Assembly: GCA_002398875.1 (NCBI GenBank)
Contig: DHCC01000026.1
Span: 13,074 to 77,073 of the forward strand
Direction of reading: 5' to 3'
Source of the DNA: Bacteroidales bacterium UBA4912
GTDB lineage: Bacteria; Bacteroidota; Bacteroidia; Bacteroidales; Dysgonomonadaceae
DNA length: 64,000 nucleotides
The notes under the pieces were generated by a model. That model worked only from the letters and a program-made list of their open reading frames with translations. It was not told the origin of the DNA and ran no database searches. The position numbers were made by a program, and so were the translations under genes. Positions 48,232 through 58,756 of the stretch are shown here, one piece after another (positions within the stretch are counted from its first letter, which is position 1; each line of letters opens with the position of its first letter).

Positions 48232-48972
48232 ATGGATGTGCAGAACGAATATAAATCCGAATCTCCGGTTAGAGGTATAAAAGATAAGTATCTGGACCAG
48301 TTACACAGTGATTTTCAGCTGCTGTCTGAGGTGGTTCTCACGCAAATGATAAAGGCTGCAGAACTACTTCAGGATAATCACAATCCTGATATATTGGAAC
48401 TATTAAAAAGAAATGAGAAGATTATTAATTCTCTGGATCTGACTATTAGAGAAAAGGTTATTAATGCAATAATGCTTTTTACGCCAAGAGCTTCTGATTT
48501 GCGCAGGCTTATGTCTTATCATGATATGATCATATCAATTGAGCGGGTAGGAGACCTGATTGAGAATATCAGCTTATCACTAAAAGAAATTGATTTCACT
48601 ATTCCGGGATTTGAAGATTATAGAAAACCAGTGGATAAAATGTTTACTCAAACTGATAAAATGCTGAGAAAAGCAGTTTTTGCTTACTCCGGGTTGAGTA
48701 ATGAGATGGCTTATGATACTATATTAATGGATGATAAAGTTGATAAACTGGAACGAAAGATAGAGCGTAAGCTTGCAGAGGAGTTCAGTAATAAGCTTTT
48801 GGATAAACAAACGCTTGTAAACATTATGAATCTAAACAGTATCTCATATTATCTCGAACGTATAGGCGATAAAGCAGTTGATATCGCCGAATCGGCTGTT
48901 TATCTTATCGAAGGTAAAGATATACGACATGATAAAATAGTAAGAGTCAATAATCCCTCGGAAAATAAATAA
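48232..48972 (+). CDS. phoU: Phosphate signalling complex protein PhoU
   Basis: Two PhoU repeats, each with the E(R)xGD motif (ERVGDLIENI, ERIGDKAVDI). Located directly after pstB. Confidence 0.85.
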   Translation: MDVQNEYKSESPVRGIKDKYLDQLHSDFQLLSEVVLTQMIKAAELLQDNHNPDILELLKRNEKIINSLDLTIREKVINAIMLFTPRASDLRRLMSYHDMIISIERVGDLIENISLSLKEIDFTIPGFEDYRKPVDKMFTQTDKMLRKAVFAYSGLSNEMAYDTILMDDKVDKLERKIERKLAEEFSNKLLDKQTLVNIMNLNSISYYLERIGDKAVDIAESAVYLIEGKDIRHDKIVRVNNPSENK

Positions 48973-48994
48973 AGTAAGATAAATTATTTATATC

Positions 48995-49690
48995 ATGAAA
49001 GAGAGAATTTTAGTTGTGGACGATGAGAAGGATATTTGCGATATTCTTCAGTTTAACCTTGAAAATGAAGGTTATATAGTGGATGTCGCTAATTCAGGTG
49101 AAGAAGCGATGGAAATGTTGACAGACGTTCATCAATTGATTATTCTTGATGTAATGATGGATGGTATTTCCGGTTTCAAGATGGCTGAAATGCTTAGAAA
49201 AAATGAGAATTATGTACCAATAATTTTTCTGACTGCAAAGAATACTGAAAACGATGTTTTAACAGGTTTCTCGCTTGGCGGTGATGATTATATAGCTAAA
49301 CCTTTCTCAGTAAAGGAAGTACTTGCACGTGTAAGAGCACTGATAAAGAGAACTTCACTTATAATCCAACCGGCCGACACAAAGTGGAAACATGATGGTT
49401 TGAAGATTGATATAACAACAAATAGTGTTACAATCGATGATAATGAAGTTTCCCTAACGAAAAAAGAATTTGAAATATTATCTTTGCTGGCTCAGGCTTC
49501 GCCAAAAGTTTTGACGAGAGCTGAAATACTTAGCAGTGTTTGGGGTGATAATGAATATGTACTGGACAGAACAGTTGACGTACATATTACCAGATTAAGA
49601 AAGAAATTAGGTGATTATGCAAATGTAATCGTAAATCGCTCTGGATTTGGCTATTATCTTAATTTAAATGATAATAGTGAAAATGAATAA
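48995..49690 (+). CDS. phoB: OmpR/PhoB-family response regulator
   Basis: REC domain (ILVVDDE, LIILDVMMDGISGF, YIAKPF) plus a winged-helix output domain (LTKKEFEILSLL..., VDVHITRLRKKL). The pst-phoU context supports the PhoB assignment. Confidence 0.8.
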   Translation: MKERILVVDDEKDICDILQFNLENEGYIVDVANSGEEAMEMLTDVHQLIILDVMMDGISGFKMAEMLRKNENYVPIIFLTAKNTENDVLTGFSLGGDDYIAKPFSVKEVLARVRALIKRTSLIIQPADTKWKHDGLKIDITTNSVTIDDNEVSLTKKEFEILSLLAQASPKVLTRAEILSSVWGDNEYVLDRTVDVHITRLRKKLGDYANVIVNRSGFGYYLNLNDNSENE

Positions 49691-51455
49691 AAAAATGAAA
49701 AGGAAAATATCTTTCAAGAGACATATTATAGTCTATTTTTCAATTATCATCGCTGTTTTCACAGTTGGTATAATACTTTTTGAACAAAATCAGATAAAAA
49801 AAGAACGTACCAACAGTTTGGAACGTACTCTTGAAAATAATGCTGATATTATTTACAAATTCCTGAAAAGTAACAATATATTCTTTGAGGTTGATGCTGA
49901 TTTAGTTAATCAGCAATTACGTTATATGCAACCAGAGCTGCGTTTGACAATTATTGATTGGCAGGGAAAAGTTGTTTTTGACAATCTGCTGGATGAGCAA
50001 ACAATGGAGAATCATCTTAACAGACCTGAGATACAGAAGACTATTACTTTTGGTGAGGGGTCTAATATTCGTCTGTCCGACAGCAATGATATCAAGTATT
50101 TATATTATGCCAAGAAGTATGATGAGGGTGTTTTTATACGTATGGCGCTGCCCTACGATATGCAACTTCAATCGTTTATAAATTCAGAAAACAGTTTTGT
50201 CTATTTTATTCTACTTTTTTTTATTGTCTGTGTGTTGATGATGCTCTATTTTACTAATAGATTTACAAAATCTATTCGTGAACTGAGAGAATTTTCTTTA
50301 AGTCTTAAAAAAGGTAAGCCAATTCCGGAAGACTTTGAATTTACAGATGATGAAGTAGGAGAGGTCAGTGCTGATATTGTAGAGAATTACAGTCTATTAC
50401 AGGAAAATAGATTAAAACTTGCAACAGAAAGGGAGAAATTGCTGCAGCATTTTCAGTTATCAGAAGAGGGAATTGCAATATTTTCAGAAGACAGGAAAAA
50501 GATTTATACCAACTCGCATTTTCTACAGTATCTAAACATAATTCTTGATAAGCCGACTCTTGAAGTGGAGCAATTGTTTTCTGAAACTTTATTTGCAGAT
50601 TTTGTAGACTTCCTTGATCAGGAGAACCGTAAAAGTAATATGTATTCAAAACGGTTCGATAAGAGTGGAAGACAGTTTAATGTGAGGGTTCTAATTTTTG
50701 ATGACAACAATTTTGAGCTATATATCAGTGATATTACTAAATCTGAGAAAACACGTCTGCTGAAACAGGAAATGACTAATAATATTGCTCATGAGCTGAG
50801 AACACCTGTTACCAGCATAAGAGGTTATCTGGAAACAATTCTGAGTCTTTATAAAAATAGTGAAGATGAGGAAAATGGAAGAATTCAGAATTTCCTTGAC
50901 AGGGCTTATGTTCAAACAATTCGTCTCTCAGAGCTTATTCAGGATATAAGTATGCTGACAAAAATTGAAGAGGCTGCTGATAGATTTGAACTGGAGTCTG
51001 TAAATATCAAAGAACTTTTAACTGAGTTGAAATCAGATCTTTCAGTACAACTAAAAGATAAGCTGGATAATTTTTTAATTGATGTTGCTGATAGCGTAGT
51101 AATTAATGGCAGTCGAACACTGCTATATTCTATTTTTAGGAATCTTACAGAGAATTCTATTTCTTACGGAGGTGATAACATTGATATAGTTGTACGTTGT
51201 TACAGCGAAAATGATGATGCTTTTTACTTTGAGTATTACGATACAGGAGTAGGAATTGAGGAGAAGCATCTTACGCGTATATTCGAGCGTTTCTATCGTA
51301 TTAATGAAGGTCGAACACGCAATAGTGGCGGATCAGGACTAGGCTTGTCTATTGTTAAGAATGCTGTATTATTTCATAAAGGCAGCATAATAGCAAAAAA
51401 CCGTCCTGATGGAGGATTGTATTTCTTAATAACTTTTCCCAAGGGGATTAAATAA
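49668..51455 (+). CDS. phoR: Sensor histidine kinase, PhoR-like
   Basis: N-terminal TM helix, extracytoplasmic segment, second TM helix, PAS-like region. H-box NNIAHELRTPVTSI. N-box and G-boxes (DTGVGI, GLGLSIVK). Alternative ATG starts lie at 49683 and 49695. Confidence 0.8.
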   Translation: MIIVKMNKKMKRKISFKRHIIVYFSIIIAVFTVGIILFEQNQIKKERTNSLERTLENNADIIYKFLKSNNIFFEVDADLVNQQLRYMQPELRLTIIDWQGKVVFDNLLDEQTMENHLNRPEIQKTITFGEGSNIRLSDSNDIKYLYYAKKYDEGVFIRMALPYDMQLQSFINSENSFVYFILLFFIVCVLMMLYFTNRFTKSIRELREFSLSLKKGKPIPEDFEFTDDEVGEVSADIVENYSLLQENRLKLATEREKLLQHFQLSEEGIAIFSEDRKKIYTNSHFLQYLNIILDKPTLEVEQLFSETLFADFVDFLDQENRKSNMYSKRFDKSGRQFNVRVLIFDDNNFELYISDITKSEKTRLLKQEMTNNIAHELRTPVTSIRGYLETILSLYKNSEDEENGRIQNFLDRAYVQTIRLSELIQDISMLTKIEEAADRFELESVNIKELLTELKSDLSVQLKDKLDNFLIDVADSVVINGSRTLLYSIFRNLTENSISYGGDNIDIVVRCYSENDDAFYFEYYDTGVGIEEKHLTRIFERFYRINEGRTRNSGGSGLGLSIVKNAVLFHKGSIIAKNRPDGGLYFLITFPKGIK

Positions 51456-51482
51456 TTTTTCAGTTATAATTATTTCAATATA

Positions 51483-52325
51483 ATGAAGTTTGTAGGAGCC
51501 CACGTAAGTGCATCAGGTGGAGTGGAAAATGCACCTGTTAATGCAAATAATATTGGAGCTAAAGCATTTGCTTTTTTTACAAAAAATCAGCGTCAGTGGT
51601 TTGCTTCACCTTATAAAGAGGAAAACATTATTAATTTCAAGACACGTTGTGAAGAGTTTGGTTATTCTGCAAGTAATATCCTTCCTCATAGCAGTTATCT
51701 TATCAATTTAGGTAACCCAACAGATGAAGGTGTTAAGAAGTCACGTGAGGCATTTTTTGATGAGATGCAGCGCTGTGAGCAGTTAGGTATAGACAGACTG
51801 AATTTTCATCCGGGTAGTCATCTTAACGAGATATCAGTGGAAGAGTGTCTTGATAGGATAGCTGAATCTATTAATATGGCTCTGGACAGAACAACAGGTG
51901 TTTGTGCTGTTCTTGAAAACACGGCAGGGCAGGGTACCAACCTGGGTCATACTTTCGAACAGCTTGCTTATATTATTGATAAGGTTGAAGATAAAAGCAG
52001 AGTAGGTGTGTGTTTGGATACAGCTCATACTTTGGCAGCAGGGTATGAAATAAGAACACGTGAAACTTATGATGAAACGTTTCAGAAATTTGATGAAATT
52101 ATAGGTTTCTCTTATCTGAAGGGAATGCATATAAATGATTCAAAAAAAGAACTTGCATCAAGAGTTGACCGTCACGATAGTTTGGGCAAGGGATTAATGA
52201 ATATGGATTTGTTCACTTTTATTATGAATGATCCCCGCATGGATAATTTGCCTTTAATTCTTGAAACACCTGATGAGTTGCTATGGGCTGAAGAAATTCA
52301 ACTATTGTACTCATTGCAAAAATAA
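51483..52325 (+). CDS. nfo: Endonuclease IV (deoxyribonuclease IV)
   Basis: [34 protein letters not shown] and ILETP motifs of the AP endonuclease 2 family. Confidence 0.9.
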   Translation: MKFVGAHVSASGGVENAPVNANNIGAKAFAFFTKNQRQWFASPYKEENIINFKTRCEEFGYSASNILPHSSYLINLGNPTDEGVKKSREAFFDEMQRCEQLGIDRLNFHPGSHLNEISVEECLDRIAESINMALDRTTGVCAVLENTAGQGTNLGHTFEQLAYIIDKVEDKSRVGVCLDTAHTLAAGYEIRTRETYDETFQKFDEIIGFSYLKGMHINDSKKELASRVDRHDSLGKGLMNMDLFTFIMNDPRMDNLPLILETPDELLWAEEIQLLYSLQK

Positions 52326-52441
52326 AGTGCATATTTAGGGGACAATTATGTCCTTGTTGAAAAAGTCTCAAAAAATATATATCTAAACATCTATTCTGTT
52401 CTATAAAAAATAATCAGATCTGAATAATAAACAGAATATAG

Positions 52442-52489
52442 AAAAAAAAAGAAAGCGCCTGAACCAATAAGGATCAAGCGCTTTCTTTG
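52442..52489. terminator. Bidirectional rho-independent terminator (nfo / GH20)
   Basis: A-run, stem GAAAGCGC / GCGCTTTC with a 19-nt loop, then TTTGT. Confidence 0.55.
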
Positions 52490-52509
52490 TGAATTACTTC
52501 AATGAAGGC

Positions 52510-54840
52510 TTAGTTTAAGCTTATCTCATCTACAAAGATAAAAGCATTCCTGCCGCTTCCTGGATGCCATTCAGGCATTACTGAGTGTTTGATTGTTATC
52601 TTATAGTAACGAGCTGTAACAGGCTCAAAAGTGATATTGTGAGTGGATATTTCAGCCCAATGTTCATTCCTTTCATCTGTGATTTTCTCAGAGATTACAG
52701 TTGTGAAACTGTTTTTATCATCGGAAGACTCTATAATTATTTCGGAAGTATCAAATATCCAATCGCCTGTAACTACTGAATTATTTATTCCAACTGAACT
52801 GATTTCTGTTGGCTGCTGCATGTCAATTACTGCAACCAGATCTTCTCCTTGAAATCCAATCCATCTGCCGGTACGGTAATTGGTGTTTTTTCCGGTTAGT
52901 CCGTCAACCAGCATATCTGCACCCGAATATTCATAACTGCGAGCTGGTGTGGTAAGTAACTCAACTGGTTTGTAAGTTGCTTTGTTGACTTTAACTACTT
53001 CCTTCAAAATCTTGCTCTTAACACCGTCGCGTATGGCAACTGCACTTATTTCGGAATCTTCATTTATTGAAAACTCTCCTTCATATTTGATAGAAGACTC
53101 AGAGGGTTCACTGCCGTCTAGTGAATAAAAAACATCTGCATCATCAATTGTTGAAAAGTGTACATCAAGACTGTTTGTTTCGAAATTCGGAGTGAACTTT
53201 CCTTGAACATCAAATACATGTGTTGCGTAGGTATAATCCAATTTATCGTAATGTTTTATTAGTCGAGGCAATCTTTCAAGAAAATTCTCATAATTTTTAT
53301 TCTCGGGTTGCATCCACTGAACTTCACTCATTGCTGCCAGCCTGGGAAGGACCATATATTCAACATGCCAGGGTTCTTTGATATACTCAGTCCACAAGTT
53401 AGCCTGGGGTCCAAGAATATGTTTCTTTTCATCATCTGTTAAGATATCAGGAGCGGGTTCAAAACTATATACCTGTTCAAGTGGAAGAAAACCTCCGATA
53501 CCTAAAGGTTCCTCATCAGTATTCTGTGCTTGATAATAGTCGAAATATGCATAAGTTGTAGGCGTCATAATCACATCGTGTCCCATTCTGGCAGCCTGAA
53601 TTCCGCCATCCATACCTCGCCATGACATTACTGTTGCATTTGGAGCAAGCTCACCTTCAAGTATCTCATCCCAACCAATAATTCTTCTGCCGTGGCTATT
53701 AAGAAACTTTTCAACTCGGGCAGTTACATAACTTTGAAGGTAATGTTCGGCTTTATGTCCATTCTTGTCTGTTAATCCCAGTTCTTTAATACGAGCCTGA
53801 CAATGTGGACACTCTTCCCATCTTGTTTTAGGAGCTTCATCACCACCTATATGTATATATTCTGAAGGGAAGATCTCCATCACTTCAGTTAGTACTGCTT
53901 CAAGAAAAGTAAAAGTCTCCTCTTTTCCGGCACACAGAATATCATCGAAAACACCCCATTCACCTACAACTTTATAAGGTCCTCCTGTACAACCAAGTTC
54001 TGGGTATGCAGTCAGAGCTGCAAGCATGTGTCCCGGAAGGTCTACTTCAGGTATAACTGTTATATATCTCTCTTTTGCATATTCTACAACATCCCTAAGC
54101 TCTTCTTTTGTGTAGTAGCCTCCGTGTGGTATGCCATCATATTCACCTGAATTACGACCAATAACTGTTTCGCTCCTCATAGAGCCAATTTCAGTAAGTT
54201 TTGGATATGAATCAATTTCTATTCTCCAACCCTGATCCTCAGTAAGATGCCAATGGAAACGATTGACATTGTGAAGTGCAAGCATATCAATATATTTTTT
54301 AACAAAATCAACCGGCTGGAAATGGCGTGCGACATCAAGACTCATTCCTCTGTATCCAAACCTGGGCTCATCGTTTATATTTACTGCTGAGTATTGTACA
54401 GTTCCAGCCTTTTCAATCGGGGTAGCTTTTCTTAATGTTTGAATGCCATAAAATACACCTGCTTCAGTCGCACCTGTAATGGTTATTGTTTTACTGTTTA
54501 CATTAATATTATATGCTTCCAAATTATCACTGTCAAGTCCGGTTGCGAGTATAATTGCATTCTCTACCAAAGATTCGGTACTTACAGAGGTTTTTAAACC
54601 TGTAGCAATATTAATGTATTCTGCCAAAAACTCAGCATTACGCTTCATTTTATCATTCCCCTCAGGGTAAATTATCTTAGTGGCTGAGGTTAGTGAGAAA
54701 GCTTCTCCGGTTTCCTGAGTTATCTCTTTTGGAAGAGGTACTACATCATAATCTGCTTTAGAAGTATTTCGTCCTCCCATACTGCATGAAGTGATAAAAC
54801 CTAAAAGCAATAAGAAAAATAATTGTTTAAACATTTGCAT
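52510..54840 (-). CDS. GH20 beta-N-acetylhexosaminidase with a C-terminal discoidin (F5/8 type C)-like domain, lipoprotein
   Basis: Lipoprotein signal ...GFITSC. GH20 motifs RFHWHLTEDQGWRIE and the catalytic pair in HIGGDE. The C-terminal ~150 aa is a beta-sandwich-like segment. Confidence 0.85.
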   Translation of the reverse strand: MQMFKQLFFLLLLGFITSCSMGGRNTSKADYDVVPLPKEITQETGEAFSLTSATKIIYPEGNDKMKRNAEFLAEYINIATGLKTSVSTESLVENAIILATGLDSDNLEAYNINVNSKTITITGATEAGVFYGIQTLRKATPIEKAGTVQYSAVNINDEPRFGYRGMSLDVARHFQPVDFVKKYIDMLALHNVNRFHWHLTEDQGWRIEIDSYPKLTEIGSMRSETVIGRNSGEYDGIPHGGYYTKEELRDVVEYAKERYITVIPEVDLPGHMLAALTAYPELGCTGGPYKVVGEWGVFDDILCAGKEETFTFLEAVLTEVMEIFPSEYIHIGGDEAPKTRWEECPHCQARIKELGLTDKNGHKAEHYLQSYVTARVEKFLNSHGRRIIGWDEILEGELAPNATVMSWRGMDGGIQAARMGHDVIMTPTTYAYFDYYQAQNTDEEPLGIGGFLPLEQVYSFEPAPDILTDDEKKHILGPQANLWTEYIKEPWHVEYMVLPRLAAMSEVQWMQPENKNYENFLERLPRLIKHYDKLDYTYATHVFDVQGKFTPNFETNSLDVHFSTIDDADVFYSLDGSEPSESSIKYEGEFSINEDSEISAVAIRDGVKSKILKEVVKVNKATYKPVELLTTPARSYEYSGADMLVDGLTGKNTNYRTGRWIGFQGEDLVAVIDMQQPTEISSVGINNSVVTGDWIFDTSEIIIESSDDKNSFTTVISEKITDERNEHWAEISTHNITFEPVTARYYKITIKHSVMPEWHPGSGRNAFIFVDEISLN

Positions 54841-54871
54841 TTTATCTATAATTTAAGAATTGTACAAATTG

Positions 54872-55624
54872 TTAATTTTTAAGCGCTTGGATAGTGTTTC
54901 TTACTTTTTCTGAGCTTGTTACAAGCTCTTCAAATTCATTGATTACTATCGATGTTCCTCCCATTTTTAAATTGGGATTGCGATACAACATTCCACTTTC
55001 TATGGGCTCTCTTGCCGAAAGATGAAACTCAATTGCACCTGTTTCACGGGCAAGGTGCAAAATGTTATCTGCATTTACGCCACTACCAGGCATTATTATG
55101 ATACGATCACCGGCTCTTTCAACCAGTTCTTTAAGAAGATTTATACCCTCAACTGCCTTTGGTTGTTGACCTGATGTCAATATACGGTCACAACCAAGTT
55201 CAATAATTTTTTCAAGAGCATCATAAGGGTCCCTGCACATATCAAAAGCTCTGTGAAATGTAATGCTCATATCTCCGGCAGCATCAATTAGCTCCTTGTT
55301 TCTTTTCATATCAATATCGCCCTCGGGATTCAGGCAGCCAATAACAACTCCATCAACACCTAATCTGCCAGCATTTTCAATATCTTTTAGCATTATTTTG
55401 TGTTCAAGATCATTGTAGAGAAAATCACCCCCACGAGGGCGAATTATTACATTAAGTTTAATTTTCAAAAGTTCACGTGCCAATACTATATCACCATAAG
55501 ATGGAGTAGTTCCACCTTCTGGAATTCCAGCACACAACTCTACACGATAGGCTCCACCTTTTTGCGCTTCAATACAGCTCTTAACTGAATTTGCGCATAT
55601 CTCGAGTAAGTAATCGTTTGTCAT
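54872..55624 (-). CDS. cutC: CutC family copper homeostasis protein
   Basis: N-terminus LLEICANSVKSCIEAQKGGAYRVELC and ITFHRAFD motif. Length 250 aa. Confidence 0.8.
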   Translation of the reverse strand: MTNDYLLEICANSVKSCIEAQKGGAYRVELCAGIPEGGTTPSYGDIVLARELLKIKLNVIIRPRGGDFLYNDLEHKIMLKDIENAGRLGVDGVVIGCLNPEGDIDMKRNKELIDAAGDMSITFHRAFDMCRDPYDALEKIIELGCDRILTSGQQPKAVEGINLLKELVERAGDRIIIMPGSGVNADNILHLARETGAIEFHLSAREPIESGMLYRNPNLKMGGTSIVINEFEELVTSSEKVRNTIQALKN

Positions 55625-55673
55625 TTGATTTAATAAATATAATGATAAAAGAAAAATATTTCAATTACTAGTG

Positions 55674-55681
55674 CAAACATA
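55674..55681 (-). promoter_or_regulatory. Candidate -7 promoter box for cutC-GH20 (TATGTTTG on the minus strand)
   Basis: Exact TAnnTTTG match about 50 bp upstream of the cutC ATG. Confidence 0.3.
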
Positions 55682-55995
55682 ATAAAAACATAATGATATA
55701 ACAGAATTATCGTGTGTTATGATACTGTAATATTAATAAACAAAATTCAATAAATCTATACTGTGTTTGTTGTATAAATCACCAAATTATAAACTTCAAG
55801 ATGACGTTCAAAAATATTAATTTGGTTATATTTTTTGTTACTACTTCTATAGCAATATTTTCGAAGAGACTAAATAAAAGTTTTAAAACTAATTTAATGT
55901 CTATGTTGTTTTATAGTAATATGTACTTAATTTTTGTAAGTTACTGAAAAGTTGTAGACTTATTGCCAATACTCAACCATTTAATTCATACCGGT

Positions 55996-56550
55996 ATGAA
56001 AGATCAAATTTATCAGATTCAAATTGTGCTCAGAGGTAGTAAACCAAAGATCTGGAGAAGAATTTTAATTCCTTCAGACTTTCCACTATATGACTTGCAT
56101 GAAGTAATACAGATATCTATGGGATGGAAAAATTCACATCTTCATCAATTCGAGAAGGACAACACATATTACATTTTGAAAACGGAAGGAGATGTTTTTT
56201 GGGATGAGAGAAATAAAATAGATTATAAGGGTTTAAAAGTATCTGATCTGCTAACAAAAAAAAATGACAAAATTACTTATCAATATGATTTTGGAGATAG
56301 ATGGGAACATGATATTTTTCTTGAAGAGTTAGTAGAAGTTGACCCTAAAATTATATATCCTTTTTGTGTTGATGGTAAAATGAGTTGTCCACCTGAAGAT
56401 TGTGGAGGAATACATGGATATAATGAAATTATGGCAATATTAAAAAACCCTGAACATAAGTATTATGAGAACTATAAAGATTGGCTAGATGAAGATTTCG
56501 ATCCTGAATATTTTAATAAAGATGAGGTCAACAAAAAATTACATGATTAA
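55996..56550 (+). CDS. Plasmid pRiA4b ORF-3-like family protein (unknown function)
   Basis: YQIQIVLRGSKPKIWRRILIPSDFPLYDLHEVIQISMGWKNSHLHQFE matches the hallmark N-terminal pattern of this family. The track start at 55963 is TTG and the ATG is at 55996. Confidence 0.65.
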   Translation: MKDQIYQIQIVLRGSKPKIWRRILIPSDFPLYDLHEVIQISMGWKNSHLHQFEKDNTYYILKTEGDVFWDERNKIDYKGLKVSDLLTKKNDKITYQYDFGDRWEHDIFLEELVEVDPKIIYPFCVDGKMSCPPEDCGGIHGYNEIMAILKNPEHKYYENYKDWLDEDFDPEYFNKDEVNKKLHD

Positions 56551-57131
56551 AGTTCTTGTTTCTTTTTTTTTAGGAGTTTCCTGTAAACTACACGAAGAAT
56601 TATAACTATAAATACTATTAAAATAATTCCTACGAATATAGGTGTAATTAGTGATAAAATTGAAATTCCTGTAGCTGCTACTCCTTCACTTGTAGAAACT
56701 ATGGGATTACCTGTTCCTGCAGTAAATTTAGATGACATTAGTCTGGTAATGGCAGTGCCGCTTTGTATAGTAGCTGCTGCTCCACCTCCAACAATAAAAC
56801 CCAATATCCATTTCATCCATTCATTTTCTACAGGGAATACTGAAGTCATCAACAATGTACCTGCACCCACTGAGAGAGGAGTAGCGATGCTGTCAACCAA
56901 ATTATCAACGAATGGAATATAATATGCTAAAACTTCTACTATTGCTGCAACACCGAAGCAAATCAGTGCTGGAACGGAGCCCATCCATTCAAAATTTTCA
57001 CCTAATTCCAAAATACCAAAATGGGAAGCTATACTTGATATGAGTAACGGGATAAAAACTCTGAATCCGGCACTGGCACTCAATCCAATACCAAGAGCAA
57101 TGGCGCTTATTGTTTCTATGTTAATTTCCAT
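56547..57131 (-). CDS. DUF4126-like integral membrane protein
   Basis: Gly/Ala-rich multi-TM protein. N-terminus ...AIALGIGLSASAGFRVFIPLL and the overall layout are as in DUF4126. Its stop overlaps the convergent gene's stop (shared TTAA). Confidence 0.55.
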   Translation of the reverse strand: MEINIETISAIALGIGLSASAGFRVFIPLLISSIASHFGILELGENFEWMGSVPALICFGVAAIVEVLAYYIPFVDNLVDSIATPLSVGAGTLLMTSVFPVENEWMKWILGFIVGGGAAATIQSGTAITRLMSSKFTAGTGNPIVSTSEGVAATGISILSLITPIFVGIILIVFIVIILRVVYRKLLKKKKQEL

Positions 57132-57417
57132 GATAAACTATATTCGTTTTGTAATTTTCTTATCAAGGATTTAGTTATTGTTCACATTTTAGAAATAGCC
57201 ACAGGGGCAAAAATTTACAATCCCAAAGATATAAAGAAACATATTCAAAAAACAAAAAATACAATTGATCTTTAATCTCTTTATAAAATTACTCTTATTA
57301 TGAGCATCTTGTTTCAAGAAATTATATGACAACTGATAAAATCAAAATATACCAGACTTTAATTAAGTAAGACTAATTGATTTTTTGATTGTTACAATTC
57401 CTATTGCTAATTTTTGC

Positions 57418-57425
57418 TATCTTTG
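57418..57425 (+). promoter_or_regulatory. Candidate -7 promoter box (TATCTTTG) for the GH5 gene
   Basis: Exact TAnnTTTG match about 120 bp upstream of the ATG at 57546. Confidence 0.3.
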
Positions 57426-57545
57426 TTAAATAAAAGTAATATTTTAAGTACCTCGTCTAATCGGGAGTTATGCTTAAGGTAGAGTTAATCTGTACAAACT
57501 TTTAAAACTCGAGCTTATATATTTTAATATTATAAATCGAACAAT

Positions 57546-58649
57546 ATGAAACAATTACCATTTATTATTATGTTTTTATTTGTATTTATGATTTCCGGTA
57601 ACTGTCCAGCAAATGAGTCGGTACAACACAAAATTACTAGCGAATCAGACGCCAAGGACAAGGATAACCATCAAGAATCGAAAGAAAATATCGAATGGGC
57701 TAGCGCTCATGATATGAATGTACGACTTGGTAAAGGCATCAATATTGGAAACACTTTTGAAGCTATGAAATCGTGGCAATCACCTTATGTTGCAGCCGAC
57801 CTAAAAAGCATTGCCGACCTGGGCTTCACACACGTTCGTTTACCCATCCGTTGGGAGCGTGATGATAGGAGTATGTCAACAGCACCTTACACTATTTATC
57901 CTGAATTCTTTAACATAATCCAGTCAGTAGTGGATGAGGCACTTAAGAATAAGCTTCATATCATAATCAACATGCATCATCATGATGCATTAATGGCTAA
58001 CTCTTCAGAAGAAAAAGCTCGCTTTCTTTCACAATGGGAGCAGATAGGCAGTTTCTTTAAAAATTATCCAGATAGTGTACTGTTTGAAATCTTAAACGAA
58101 CCGCATGGACAACTAACACCTAGTTTATGGAACGATTATTCTAAAGAAGCACTGCAAGTAATTCGTAATAATAATCCCAAGCGTTGCGTTTTGATTGGTA
58201 CTGCAGAGTGGGGTGGGGTAAACGGACTGAGATACCTTGAAATTCCCAATGATCCGCAGATTATTCTTACAATTCATTACTATAATCCATTTCATTTCAC
58301 ACATCAGGGAGCAAGCTGGTCTGAAGGCTCTGAATCATGGGTTGGAAATAAGTGGGAGGATACTGAATCTGAACGTCGGGCGGTTATTGAAGATTTCGAA
58401 ATTGCAATTAAAGTAGCTAAAGAAAAAAACATCCCTGTGCATGTGGGTGAGTTTGGTTCCTACTCACGTGCCGACTTAGATTCTCGTGTTAAATGGACAA
58501 AATTTCTTTCCCGTTGGTTCGAGCAACAACAATTTAGTTGGTCTTATTGGGAATGGAATTCCGGATTTGGTATTTACGATCCACAAACCGGTCAGTACTT
58601 GCAGCGACTGGTAAATGCACTGATAAATGATCCAATGTCGGACTTCTGA
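57546..58649 (+). CDS. Glycoside hydrolase family 5 (cellulase-type) enzyme, secreted
   Basis: Signal peptide. GINIGN..., acid/base Glu in FEILNEPHG, HYY, nucleophile Glu in HVGEFG, and WEW near the C-terminus. Confidence 0.8.
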   Translation: MKQLPFIIMFLFVFMISGNCPANESVQHKITSESDAKDKDNHQESKENIEWASAHDMNVRLGKGINIGNTFEAMKSWQSPYVAADLKSIADLGFTHVRLPIRWERDDRSMSTAPYTIYPEFFNIIQSVVDEALKNKLHIIINMHHHDALMANSSEEKARFLSQWEQIGSFFKNYPDSVLFEILNEPHGQLTPSLWNDYSKEALQVIRNNNPKRCVLIGTAEWGGVNGLRYLEIPNDPQIILTIHYYNPFHFTHQGASWSEGSESWVGNKWEDTESERRAVIEDFEIAIKVAKEKNIPVHVGEFGSYSRADLDSRVKWTKFLSRWFEQQQFSWSYWEWNSGFGIYDPQTGQYLQRLVNALINDPMSDF

Positions 58650-58694
58650 TTGAATTTATATCATACTTTTGTTGAATCGTTTAGTAAAATCATT

Positions 58695-58738
58695 AAAAAA
58701 ACAGAAGGGAGTAATGTGAAAACCCCCTTCATGTTCTT
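58695..58738. terminator. Possible bidirectional terminator between the GH5 gene and the PUL
   Basis: A-run, stem GAAGGG / CCCTTC with a 15-nt loop, then a T-rich tail. The stem is weak. Confidence 0.35.
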
Positions 58739-58756
58739 TTGTATTATGACAGCTTC

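Noticed and set aside
55996-56550. Calling the pRiA4b ORF-3-like gene a mobile element.
   Set aside because: There is no transposase, integrase or terminal inverted repeat nearby. Only the family's reputation as a plasmid/IS passenger and the AT-rich flanks suggest horizontal origin, so I report it as a finding rather than a mobile-element feature.
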